64,000 nt of DNA from Clostridia bacterium (GTDB taxonomy: Bacteria; Bacillota; Clostridia; Acetivibrionales; STF1-152). The notes beneath the pieces are model-generated. The model searched no databases. It was not told the origin of the DNA and saw nothing but the letters and a program-made list of their open reading frames with translations. This document shows positions 40,557 to 49,962 of this stretch, piece after piece. The translations under genes were made by a program, and so were the position numbers. Location of the stretch: contig JANQLN010000127.1 in NCBI GenBank assembly GCA_028280575.1, positions 27,313 to 91,312 on the forward strand, given 5' to 3'. Each line of letters starts with the position of its first letter. Within the stretch, counting starts at the first letter, position 1.

Positions 40557-42890
40557 TTAAAAAATCGAATATAAATCCAGTCCCTGGCCCAAGAATATAT
40601 CCAATAATATTTCCCTGCCTGTCTCAGGGTCTGCGTCAGGGAAATGTATCCCCGCTTCCCCGCTGCTTATTTGAATTGCAGCATATCCGCCGCTGTCCAA
40701 GACACCCAGGTTTGAGCCGTCTTCCCTGATCCTTGGAGCCCTGTGGGCATATTTTATCCCGCCTATTTCAACATCTTCCGCCGCAGAGCCTGCCACGTAC
40801 CCGGGACCCGGGTCATAACCCCTTCCTGCGGCCACTATGGCGCCGTTTACAATTGCACCGTTCCTTAAAACCACCTTTCCCGTAGTAAAAATAATTCCAT
40901 TAAAAACCGTTCCGTTTAATTCAAGTATTTTATCAGGGTCCGTATTTATGACAAGAAAGTATTTATCCAAGGCCCATGGGTTATTTGCTATATCATTGTA
41001 CGGATATGCAGCATCACTTAGGTTTCCGCTTCCCGCTTCCAGGACATATGGGCTGCCCGAAAGCGCCAGGTTGCCAAGGGCGGTCATTATGGTACTGAAG
41101 GTTTCCGTCGACCTGTGCTCAATGACATCGGAAGCACTTGATTTTGAAGGATCATAGGTATGCCTTGAAACAAAGACATTGGCCATATCCAGCAAGCCCG
41201 GCTTTAACAGATTGTTAAGAATTCCCGGTATGTCCCAGCAGTACCCCGCATCCCATTCAAAGGAATCATCCATGTACCCGTTCCAGAATCCTTTCCACGT
41301 GCCCATGCCCAGAGGGGGGTCAATATTGTCAAGTACATAATTATCAGTAAGCAGTTTTGCTCTGCCCAATTCCGATAAATCCTCATCGGACTTTGATATG
41401 AAATACATCCTGTCGTTGGAAGCAATCTCATAATTGCAGTACCCTTGTATCTTTTCCGGCACCGGTCTGTCAAACATATTTGTATTATTTGTCCCCGCCA
41501 GCCTGGCCATATCAATACTGTTCATCCAGCTTTCAATATTTGCCTGTACATCGGCGGGATTCACGCTCCATGGCCGGGTATTCCATACCTGGAACAAATT
41601 ACTATAACCATAAGCTCCACTGTCATATCCCCCGCTGATTATCCAATCCCTGTAAAGACCGGTTAAATCAATAGGACACAGCTTATATAAAGGGGCATCA
41701 TTGTACATGGCTATTGAAGCATCCTCTATCTCATACAAAACATCGCCGCTGTCAGTCTCAACCCTGAAGGTGCTGCCATTTATCATAACGGAGCCGTTTA
41801 TTACAATCCTTGATCTTTTAGCCATGCTTGAATTCGACCAATGTACTATGGCACTGTTTACTATGGCGCTGGAATTGTCATGGTGCACGGCATCCGTACC
41901 GTCCGACAATCCAAAATAGCTGCCGTTTATCGCTATAACGGAATCTTCACCGTTTATTTCAAGGTCGTCAAATGTATACGCATTCCTGTATACGGCTATC
42001 CGGTTATTCCTGCCGAATACATGTACTCCCTGTGCAACCGCGTCCCTGTATACATATATGGAGCTGTTGTCCTGTGTCTGGTTGTACTCCCCGGTCCTTA
42101 TAAAGCTCCTGCTGTATGCATTGCCGTTTATGTACATTGTTGAATTGTCCTTTGCATATATCCCGCCGTAATAATACTGTTCTGGCTGGGCGAGTACTTC
42201 TGGAGAGCTGCCGTAAACATGCATGTCGCCGGTGACATTCAACGTAGAGCTGCCGCTGGCCATAAAATCCCCCACCGTATAAACAGGTCCTAAGAGCCTG
42301 AAAGCTTTTGGAAAGCTCACCTCGAACTCTTTTTGTGAAAATACCTTTTTGTCTCCCGAAACATATGGCTTTACTATATATTTCGAATCAGCAAAAACGC
42401 CGATATTTATTTTTATTTTTGAAGGGCTTTCAGCAGGATTGTAGCTATGGCCCATATACTTGATATCAATACTGACATCAGCAGTATTTTCAGTATTGTT
42501 GGCAACATTGATACCGTCAAAAGCACCGTTTATATTGAGGGCGCCGATGTAGGGCCTTAAAACTTCGTTTACCATGCTTCTGGCAAACAGCTCGTTATCC
42601 CCCGTATATGTTATCCCATTAGAGGCTGCGAGTGTTTCATTGGAGCATATGCTTCCAAGACTGTCGAAACACTTTTGTATTGCACTTTCCGCAGCATAAT
42701 AAGAGTAGTCCATATGCCCGTTGGTCTTGCTCGCCCTGAAAACCTGCATAGACGTATCCAGCAAAACCCCGGCCAGCAGGATGACCGATGCCATTAATAC
42801 AATTACAAACAGCATTGTGGAACCTTTTTTATTATTTATATTACCTAGCATAAGCTCTTTTACACCACCCAACGTTCTCAAAAACATCAT
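40557..42890 (-). CDS. Large pilin-like protein with PilX/GspK-type N-terminal hydrophobic helix lacking Glu5
   Basis: 777 aa. NKKG/STMLFVIVLMASVILLAGVLLDT resembles a prepilin/PilX_N segment but has Phe, not Glu, at +5. The remainder is Asn/Gly/Tyr-rich with repeated NG-x-hydrophobic strands (e.g. LNGTVFNGIIFTTGKVVLRNGAIVNGAIVAAG). The start is ambiguous (42890 or 42851). Confidence 0.6.
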   Translation of the reverse strand: MMFLRTLGGVKELMLGNINNKKGSTMLFVIVLMASVILLAGVLLDTSMQVFRASKTNGHMDYSYYAAESAIQKCFDSLGSICSNETLAASNGITYTGDNELFARSMVNEVLRPYIGALNINGAFDGINVANNTENTADVSIDIKYMGHSYNPAESPSKIKINIGVFADSKYIVKPYVSGDKKVFSQKEFEVSFPKAFRLLGPVYTVGDFMASGSSTLNVTGDMHVYGSSPEVLAQPEQYYYGGIYAKDNSTMYINGNAYSRSFIRTGEYNQTQDNSSIYVYRDAVAQGVHVFGRNNRIAVYRNAYTFDDLEINGEDSVIAINGSYFGLSDGTDAVHHDNSSAIVNSAIVHWSNSSMAKRSRIVINGSVMINGSTFRVETDSGDVLYEIEDASIAMYNDAPLYKLCPIDLTGLYRDWIISGGYDSGAYGYSNLFQVWNTRPWSVNPADVQANIESWMNSIDMARLAGTNNTNMFDRPVPEKIQGYCNYEIASNDRMYFISKSDEDLSELGRAKLLTDNYVLDNIDPPLGMGTWKGFWNGYMDDSFEWDAGYCWDIPGILNNLLKPGLLDMANVFVSRHTYDPSKSSASDVIEHRSTETFSTIMTALGNLALSGSPYVLEAGSGNLSDAAYPYNDIANNPWALDKYFLVINTDPDKILELNGTVFNGIIFTTGKVVLRNGAIVNGAIVAAGRGYDPGPGYVAGSAAEDVEIGGIKYAHRAPRIREDGSNLGVLDSGGYAAIQISSGEAGIHFPDADPETGREILLDIFLGQGLDLYSIF

Positions 42891-42926
42891 AAACCTGCCG
42901 GGTTAATCGATAATCCGGCTTATGGC

Positions 42927-43394
42927 CTAAGGAATAAGCCTGTTTATGTTAATCCTGAGCTTCTGGAATACTTCCCCATCCATTTTTTTAACGGTAATCA
43001 GGTATTCACAGGTATCGGAAAATCCGTGGATCTCTCCAAAATCCTTGTCCCTTACCGCGTCAAACTTAAACCTTTTGCTTATTTCTCCGATTTCGTTCAC
43101 TATCTTAAGGTCCGAACCGTTTATGTCGTCCTTCAATACCACGTCCCCTCCGCCGTAAGACGGTATCGTATTTCCTGCCCCGTATTTAACGGAAGCAATG
43201 ACATTTTCCTTTATTGTCCGCATGACAGAATTAAGCTCCTGCCTTTCCCCTGTCATTCTAATCAGTATTGCGGAATTTAAAAACGAAGTTGTCAGCGGAA
43301 GTGATATGATTCCCAGTATTGTGATTGATACCAATACTTCTATCAAGCTGCTTCCCTTATTGTTTTTTCTAATAATTTTTTGCATAAACCTCAC
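42927..43394 (-). CDS. Minor type IV pilin (prepilin-type N-terminal cleavage/methylation domain)
   Basis: …KNNKG/SSLIEVLVSITILGIISLP has Gly-1, Glu+5 and a hydrophobic helix. The alternative start is ATG at 43385. Confidence 0.8.
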   Translation of the reverse strand: MRFMQKIIRKNNKGSSLIEVLVSITILGIISLPLTTSFLNSAILIRMTGERQELNSVMRTIKENVIASVKYGAGNTIPSYGGGDVVLKDDINGSDLKIVNEIGEISKRFKFDAVRDKDFGEIHGFSDTCEYLITVKKMDGEVFQKLRININRLIP

Positions 43395-43473
43395 CAGCCT
43401 CCCGTAAGCCTTTCAGGCTTAAAGGAATAAAAAGTTATTCGCCGGGAACCTAAAGATTCCTTAATTTTCCCAT

Positions 43474-44625
43474 CTAGAATATATCCAGCTTTTCCAGGGC
43501 GCTCCGGCCATGTATCTCCGCACCGTTCCTGTCAAAAACCTTTGCCCGTTTCTGCCTGTCGTTCAATATTACCCTGATTCTATTTGAAGAGCCGTTATTG
43601 ATTTTAATATTCAATCTGATATTTTCATTCTCTTTGATGTCCGGCATATCAATATCAACCAGTATGGTTATTTCTTCGGAAACAATGTCCGCCGCCAGGC
43701 TTTCCCTGTTATTTGAAGCATCAGCGGCATTTAAGGTATACGACGTACCCGTAAATCCCAGGTCGATGTCAACCGTATTGTCCGTCTTAATCCTCATAAC
43801 CTTGCTGTCCGTGTCCCTGCAAAGAATCTGAAGGTTTTCGCCGCCGGAAAGGTAGCTTTTACCTTTTATTACTATGTCTGCGCTTTTCATGGTTTCATCA
43901 TCGAATGATTGCAGATTGCGGCCGTCCATGACGCTTCCCTTGCCGTCCATATAGCTTCCGAGCTTGTAGCTGCTGTACATAAACATCCTGTCCGATTCGC
44001 GGAGATTCATAGAATACAGGCAGATTATTATATTGATATCATATTTGCTTTCTATAGTATCTTCCCCATCTTCCACGTTTTCAGCCTGCCTGTTTTCACT
44101 TAAGGGCTTGACTACAAATTTTTTAATCCTTGTTTTTGTTGCGGCGCCTTCAAGGTATTTAACCAGGCGCATTGCGTCGCCGTATGTCATATGGGCATTA
44201 AACTCTATTTTTGTTTCGTAGTATTTAACGGGGCTTTTGCCGCTTGCGGAGCCGCCGTCCTTATTCTGCAATCCCGTATATTTTTCCTGGGGACTGCTTA
44301 CATTCAGCTCTGTAATATTGTTTTTAAGGTACTTCCCGAGCTTGTTTACATACTCAAGATTGTCAACAAGAAATGAGCTGTTCATCAAATATTGATCAAC
44401 CCTTTCATTCATGGCATTCAGCTTGTGTAATTCAGCTATATTTGTACTGATATTCAAAACCTCCTTTTCCAGAGAAGCTTTTTTTGCCTCCGCTTCCGAG
44501 ATTTTATCCTTTATATCTGAAATCCTGGGGATTACAGGTACCCAAATAAACTTGTAAAATACCAGGGCGTATACAATAACAGCCAGCAAAGCCAAAAGCT
44601 TGGCCTCCTTCTTTTTAAAGGACAT
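43474..44625 (-). CDS. pilO: PilO-like pilus assembly protein with long C-terminal extension
   Basis: 383 aa with an N-terminal TM (LLALLAVIVYALVFYKFIW), a coiled coil, and a PilO-like ~120-aa region. About 190 extra residues follow. RBS AGGAGG. It lies directly after pilN. Confidence 0.6.
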   Translation of the reverse strand: MSFKKKEAKLLALLAVIVYALVFYKFIWVPVIPRISDIKDKISEAEAKKASLEKEVLNISTNIAELHKLNAMNERVDQYLMNSSFLVDNLEYVNKLGKYLKNNITELNVSSPQEKYTGLQNKDGGSASGKSPVKYYETKIEFNAHMTYGDAMRLVKYLEGAATKTRIKKFVVKPLSENRQAENVEDGEDTIESKYDINIIICLYSMNLRESDRMFMYSSYKLGSYMDGKGSVMDGRNLQSFDDETMKSADIVIKGKSYLSGGENLQILCRDTDSKVMRIKTDNTVDIDLGFTGTSYTLNAADASNNRESLAADIVSEEITILVDIDMPDIKENENIRLNIKINNGSSNRIRVILNDRQKRAKVFDRNGAEIHGRSALEKLDIF

Positions 44626-44629
44626 ATTG

Positions 44630-45184
44630 TCAACCTCCTATTCCTATTACATCAAAGGTTAAAATGTATTCCCCTGCTTCATTAAGCTTAAAACCGGCAC
44701 TTGAATCCGACAGCTCAAAAAGCGCAAGCCTGTCCATATTCATTACAAACTGTGCCACCCGGGATATATCTTCAACGGTAAGTGATACCGTAAGGGAATC
44801 GTTGTCATATTCTATTCCGTTTACGGAACAGCCATAGGGTGTACTGCTTTTTAGTGAATTAATAATGGAATTTACGGGACCGCCCTGGTTATCAATATGC
44901 TGGATAACTTCCCTTTTTTCCCCCAGCAGCCCAAACTCTGCCGAAATCTTTTTATTCAGCAATTTGACTTCATCATATTTTTCTGATTTAATATCCTCTT
45001 CAATGCTGGCAAGGCTGCCTTCAAGCGTTTTTACATAGGCTGAGGGAATAGCCAGGCCAGCTCCCATGAGGCCTGCAACAACCAGCACCAGAAAAGCTAT
45101 ACCTATTTTCTTGCCGGTGCTGCTCTTGGCTTCACCGACAGGGTCAATCCTCTCCTCATCTATCAGCAGGTTAATATCCTTCAT
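44630..45184 (-). CDS. pilN: PilN-like pilus assembly protein
   Basis: 184 aa with N-terminal MKDINLL (the conserved INLL PilN motif), a single TM, a periplasmic-type domain, and RBS GGGAGG. Confidence 0.7.
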   Translation of the reverse strand: MKDINLLIDEERIDPVGEAKSSTGKKIGIAFLVLVVAGLMGAGLAIPSAYVKTLEGSLASIEEDIKSEKYDEVKLLNKKISAEFGLLGEKREVIQHIDNQGGPVNSIINSLKSSTPYGCSVNGIEYDNDSLTVSLTVEDISRVAQFVMNMDRLALFELSDSSAGFKLNEAGEYILTFDVIGIGG

Positions 45185-45198
45185 TTAGGTTCCTCCCA

Positions 45199-45774
45199 CT
45201 ATGAAATAAATTCCTTGTATTTAACGGAAAATTCCGTTATTACAGGTTTTTCAATATTCCTGTTCCTGTGTATTCTTGTATTGGTTGCTTCCGGTTTTAC
45301 CCCCAGAATCACCTTGTCGCCAATTTTCTCAAATCTTGAAGGCATATATTTTTTTGCAGGCTCCGGCGGCGCAGCCGGTACACTGACAACAGCGGTATCC
45401 AGCCCTCCCAGTACTTCCTCGAAGCTTCCCGGAGCACCCGGAAGGTCGGTTTTAACATACAGCCTCTCATCCTCAATCTTCCATGTTTTTTCCTTGCCCG
45501 TATCATCGTAGTCGTGATACCTCAGCACCAGTATGCTCCTTGAGTTGTCGGGCTCATATACAACCTTATAGTATGCGGCCTGCTCAATATCCTTTCTTAT
45601 GCGCATAACCACGCCGTCCACCTTGTCATACTGGTACAAAAACTTCCTGTAGGTATTGCATGTGCGGATGCCGTCAACAAATATCATGTACACTATGGGC
45701 ATGAGGACGGCAATTATGCCCATTACAACTACAACCTCCAGTATTCCCATACCTTTTCTGTTTGAAAGCTTCAT
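45199..45774 (-). CDS. Minor type IV pilin (prepilin-type N-terminal domain)
   Basis: MKLSNRKG/MGILEVVVVMGIIAVLMP has Gly-1 and Glu+5. I prefer the start at 45774 (AGGTGG 7 nt upstream). Confidence 0.8.
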   Translation of the reverse strand: MKLSNRKGMGILEVVVVMGIIAVLMPIVYMIFVDGIRTCNTYRKFLYQYDKVDGVVMRIRKDIEQAAYYKVVYEPDNSRSILVLRYHDYDDTGKEKTWKIEDERLYVKTDLPGAPGSFEEVLGGLDTAVVSVPAAPPEPAKKYMPSRFEKIGDKVILGVKPEATNTRIHRNRNIEKPVITEFSVKYKEFIS

Positions 45775-45863
45775 AAACATACCACCTGAAAAATACCGCG
45801 CCCCTGCCCCTTTAGAAGCAGGGGACGGCGAATTATTATGCTAATTGGTATTATGTACAAGCG

Positions 45864-46409
45864 TCATGGGTGAATAGTTACAATACAAAGGGAAGTCTCA
45901 GTAGCAGGTACGACCTTAACAGTTTGAAGGTCAGGATATATATCAATAGCCCATCCCAAATTCTTATTATGCTGTGGCTCGTAAGCCTGTACATTTACAG
46001 CTGCATCTTTAGCCTCATCAGGATCCTTTCTTGACAGTACCGGCCCGTAAACTCTATCGGTAACGCCATCATTAATAACATCCATCAAAGCTTGAATAAG
46101 AACCGTGGATGCAGTTCCATCTGAAACACCACTAATATTATCCAAACCCCAATCATCTGAATCCGTACAATATGTCAGCATTGCCTTTTCCAGGTTTACC
46201 GCCATCTGCTCGTCGGCACTCTTTTTGCTGTTTGCAAGCACTCCTCCGAACATGTTGAATGCAATTGCGGCAAGTACTCCCATTATTGCTATGACTACAA
46301 GAAGCTCAACCAGTGAAAATCCGTTGTCTTTTTTCAGCTTTCTTAAAAAGGACTGTACCCCCTTCCTTTCAACAAACCTTTTTTTAACATCTTTCATAAT
46401 AGCAACCAT
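45864..46409 (-). CDS. pilA: Major type IV pilin with unusually long leader peptide
   Basis: …KKDNG/FSLVELLVVIAIMGVLAAIAFNMF is a canonical class III signal peptide. It has a 30-residue leader, a 151-aa mature protein with two Cys (TYCTD, SLCIV), and RBS GAAAGGAG. Confidence 0.85.
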   Translation of the reverse strand: MVAIMKDVKKRFVERKGVQSFLRKLKKDNGFSLVELLVVIAIMGVLAAIAFNMFGGVLANSKKSADEQMAVNLEKAMLTYCTDSDDWGLDNISGVSDGTASTVLIQALMDVINDGVTDRVYGPVLSRKDPDEAKDAAVNVQAYEPQHNKNLGWAIDIYPDLQTVKVVPATETSLCIVTIHP

Positions 46410-46460
46410 TTCGATACTCCTTTCTTTTTTTTATATAATCAACCCTTTCCGGGGTAATTA

Positions 46461-47672
46461 TCAAAACGACAGGTTCTGGTATATGCTGTACATTGGCAGC
46501 AATACGCTTATGACTATGAAGCCTATAACAACAGCCAGTACGCAGATGACAAGGGGTTCGATAAATGTGGTGAGCTTCTGCAGGGAGGCCTGCATTTCCT
46601 CCTCGTAAAAATCTGCCGATTTTTTCAGGGTATATTCAAGATTACCCGACTCCTCGCCTATCCTGACCATGGAAACAATCATAGGGGAAAAATATTTCAT
46701 TTCACTCAGCGGCCCGGTCAGGCCCTTCCCCTTCTTGATTTCATCAATTACACCCGTAATTCTTTTCTCAATGACCGCATTACCTATGACCTTCTGCACT
46801 ATCTCCAGCGATTTTATGAGCTGCACCCCGCTGTTTATAAGGGTTTCCATGGTCCTTGAAAACCTTGAGGTAATTATATTTTCAGTAACACCCTTTAGTA
46901 CGGGAAGCTTTATGGCCAGCTCGCCGAAAAATAATTTCCCGCTTTCGGAGCGCTTGTACATTTTGCCTCCTGTAAAAATTCCTATGATGGAAAAGACAAT
47001 CAGCCACCAGTAGCTCTTGAAAAATTCGCTCACAACTATCAATATCCTGGTTGTTGCAGGCATATCAACCCCGAATCCTGTCAATATATCCATAAATGAC
47101 GGTACTACCCTGGCCAGGAGAATTATTATAACGGCTACGGCTACCACGCACACTATGACGGGGTAAGTCATCGCTCCCTTTATTTTCTGGTTGAGCTTGT
47201 ACTCCCTTTCAAAATGCTCCGCCATCCTTGCAAACACCAGGTCAAGCTGCCCGCTGACTTCACCGGCTTCCACCATATTGACAAGTATGTCGGGAAACAC
47301 GGACGAATTCCCCATGGATTTTGAGAGCTGGATTCCCTTCTGGATATCCTCATAAATATCCGTCAGGCATTCCTGAAGGGTAGGATTTTCAGTCTGCTGC
47401 CGCATTACATCCATTGCAAGCCCTATGGGCACGCCTGCCGACAGGACTATTGCAAACTGCCTGCAGAAAATCGCCAGGTCTTTGGTCTTAACCTTCTTTT
47501 TAAATATCCCGATTGTACTGATGTCGGACAGGGCATTCTTTTCCCATATCTCAAGCACAGTCAGCCCCTTGGCGGAAATTATCTTTTCCAGCTCGTCCCG
47601 TTTTTTGATTTTTGCCTGTCCTGAAAAAACCTTGCCTGCTTCATTTTTAACCTTATAAGCGTATAAAGGCAT
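46461..47672 (-). CDS. pilC: Type IV pilus platform protein PilC (GspF family)
   Basis: 403 aa with two T2SSF repeats and three TM segments, the typical PilC/GspF architecture. RBS GGAGG. Confidence 0.95.
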   Translation of the reverse strand: MPLYAYKVKNEAGKVFSGQAKIKKRDELEKIISAKGLTVLEIWEKNALSDISTIGIFKKKVKTKDLAIFCRQFAIVLSAGVPIGLAMDVMRQQTENPTLQECLTDIYEDIQKGIQLSKSMGNSSVFPDILVNMVEAGEVSGQLDLVFARMAEHFEREYKLNQKIKGAMTYPVIVCVVAVAVIIILLARVVPSFMDILTGFGVDMPATTRILIVVSEFFKSYWWLIVFSIIGIFTGGKMYKRSESGKLFFGELAIKLPVLKGVTENIITSRFSRTMETLINSGVQLIKSLEIVQKVIGNAVIEKRITGVIDEIKKGKGLTGPLSEMKYFSPMIVSMVRIGEESGNLEYTLKKSADFYEEEMQASLQKLTTFIEPLVICVLAVVIGFIVISVLLPMYSIYQNLSF

Positions 47673-47692
47673 ATTTCAATCCTCCATATAAA

Positions 47693-48799
47693 TCATAATG
47701 CGGTGCCAAGTACGTTGACCAGATAGTTTATGCGTTCGGTGTCAAGCTTTTCCGTAAATTCAATGCCGTCAATATGCAGAAGGTCCACCGGATAAATAGG
47801 TATTTTCATCTTTTCTTCAAAATACTCGCTTATCCCCGTCATCTGGGAGCCTCCCCCAATAAGGTATATCCTGCTTATCTGTTCGCCTGCACACCTTGTT
47901 ATATAAAAGTCCAGGCATGTTTTGACATTCCTGATAATTTCATCTATGACCTTCTTCGCACAATTGCTGCAGTCCCATTCCATTTCGTTGTTGATATCTT
48001 TTTTAAAGGATATGCCGTACATCTTCTTGTAGCGTTCCGCACTGTCCTCCTTGCCCTTTTCAATGCTCATTTCCCTTATGATTTCAGTGTCTATATTACT
48101 GCTTCCCAGAAGGACGACCCTGTTGAACTCGGGTATCTTGTTTTTTAATATGTTGACTATTGTTGTCTCCGAACCCAGGTCAATTACGGATATTGTATTG
48201 AGGGATTTCAAATACTTCAATTTCTGCTTTTTAGCCAGGCTCTCATGCTCAATCCATGTGATGTTTTTCTTGAAAAATTTTGACACGCTGTTTGCGGGTA
48301 TATCAACTGAAATAGGCTTTAAATCAAGCTCTGCCAGCATTTCAAGATAACTGTTGATTATTTTTTTCGGAACCGCGGTTACAAAAATCTTGACCTTTGG
48401 CTTACCGTCGTTTATGGTATCCAGGATTTTATAATCAACCTTGTGCTCCTCAACATTGACCGGCAGGCATTCTGTTATTTCCCGTTTTACCTTGTCGTCC
48501 ATTTTGCTCTCGCTTACCTTGTCAACCATTATGATCCGGCTGATTATATTCGTACCGGATATAACAATCTTTGCACTCCTGGCCGTAAGGAAGTTCTCCT
48601 TTATAACCTTTTTTATCTCAGCCGTAACCATTTTCCTGTTGGTTATGGCCCCGTTCTTGATACACCCTTTAGGGGTATCCCCAAGTCCATAATTAACTAT
48701 TACCAGATTATCATTGTTCTTTTTTCTTACCTGTGCAATTTTTATATATCTGAAGCCCACATCAATTGTAAGAAAATCATTAAGAAAAAAAATACTCAT
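47693..48799 (-). CDS. pilM: PilM, actin-like pilus assembly ATPase
   Basis: 368 aa. IDVGFRYIKIAQV, VIDLGSETT and YLIGGGSQ match the actin/HSP70-fold phosphate-binding motifs of PilM/FtsA. Confidence 0.85.
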   Translation of the reverse strand: MSIFFLNDFLTIDVGFRYIKIAQVRKKNNDNLVIVNYGLGDTPKGCIKNGAITNRKMVTAEIKKVIKENFLTARSAKIVISGTNIISRIIMVDKVSESKMDDKVKREITECLPVNVEEHKVDYKILDTINDGKPKVKIFVTAVPKKIINSYLEMLAELDLKPISVDIPANSVSKFFKKNITWIEHESLAKKQKLKYLKSLNTISVIDLGSETTIVNILKNKIPEFNRVVLLGSSNIDTEIIREMSIEKGKEDSAERYKKMYGISFKKDINNEMEWDCSNCAKKVIDEIIRNVKTCLDFYITRCAGEQISRIYLIGGGSQMTGISEYFEEKMKIPIYPVDLLHIDGIEFTEKLDTERINYLVNVLGTAL

Positions 48800-48875
48800 C
48801 TCACCAACCCCCCAATATTATTATTTTCCATCAGTTATTTTAAACATTTTTGTTCTTCCTTTTCCTTTTTCCAAT

Positions 48876-49940
48876 CTATCCTGTTTTCATCATGGCAAGC
48901 TTTTCAAAGTTGTCAGGGTCGCAAGAATACTTGTAGGCACTTTCATAATCAATTACTCCTTCTTTATAGAGCTTTGCAATATTTCCGTCCATGGAATGCA
49001 TACCATACTGGAAGCCTGTGTGTATACTCGTATTGATTTGTACTATCCTGTTTTCGCGTATCAGGTTGGATATTGCAGATGTCATTACCATAACTTCAGT
49101 AGCCAGTGCTCTGCCTACCGTATTTTTCTTTTTTATCAGCTGCTGTGATATTATACCCTGGAGTACGGTAGAAAGCTGGCTCCTCACCTGCGTCTGCTGA
49201 TGGGGGGGGAATACGTCAATTATCCTGTCTATGGTCTTTGCAGATCCTACCGTATGCAGGGTCGACAAAACCAGATGGCCTGTTTCAGCCGCCGTAAGTG
49301 CTGTAGCTATTGTTTCCTGGTCCCTCATTTCACCAATGAGTATTACATCCGGATCCTCCCTTAAAGTTGCTCTCAAGGCATCCGCATAGTTGGAGGTGTC
49401 TTCTCCTATTTCCCTCTGGTTTATAATGCTCCTGTTATGAGTGTGTATAAACTCTACAGGGTCTTCAATAGTAATAATGTGACACCTTTTATTATTGTTT
49501 ATATAATTTATCATTGAAGCAAGCGTGGTAGACTTGCCGCTTCCCGTAGGCCCCGTTATAAGTATGAGCCCCCTTTGCTTTTCCGCCAGCTTGCATGCTA
49601 TGGAAGGTATGCCAAGCTCATCAATATCCGGAATCTTTGTGGGAATAACCCTTATGGCTATGGCAAGGGTTGACATTTGCCTGTATATGTTAATCCTGAA
49701 CCTGGCAATACCGGGCAGGGCATATGACAGGTCAACCTGGCCCTTTTCTTCAAGAATATCCCTCATTTCCTCCCTTATTAATTCTCCAACCAGCTCTTCA
49801 CAATCTTCTGAAGTGAGAATCGATTCCTCAAAGTATACCAGCTCACCATTTCTCCTGATTACAGGCGGTATTCCAACACATATATGTAAATCGGATGCAC
49901 TGTATGAAATTGACTTTTCCAAAAGCTCCCTCAACTTCAT
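48876..49940 (-). CDS. pilT: PilT twitching-motility retraction ATPase
   Basis: ASDLHI, Walker A GPTGSGKST, Asp box, Walker B ILIGEMRD, His box TGHLVLSTLHT. The start MKLRELLEK at 49940 is preceded by GGGGGAGG. Confidence 0.95.
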   Translation of the reverse strand: MKLRELLEKSISYSASDLHICVGIPPVIRRNGELVYFEESILTSEDCEELVGELIREEMRDILEEKGQVDLSYALPGIARFRINIYRQMSTLAIAIRVIPTKIPDIDELGIPSIACKLAEKQRGLILITGPTGSGKSTTLASMINYINNNKRCHIITIEDPVEFIHTHNRSIINQREIGEDTSNYADALRATLREDPDVILIGEMRDQETIATALTAAETGHLVLSTLHTVGSAKTIDRIIDVFPPHQQTQVRSQLSTVLQGIISQQLIKKKNTVGRALATEVMVMTSAISNLIRENRIVQINTSIHTGFQYGMHSMDGNIAKLYKEGVIDYESAYKYSCDPDNFEKLAMMKTG

Positions 49941-49962
49941 TTTTAAGCCTCCCCCTGCGGTT

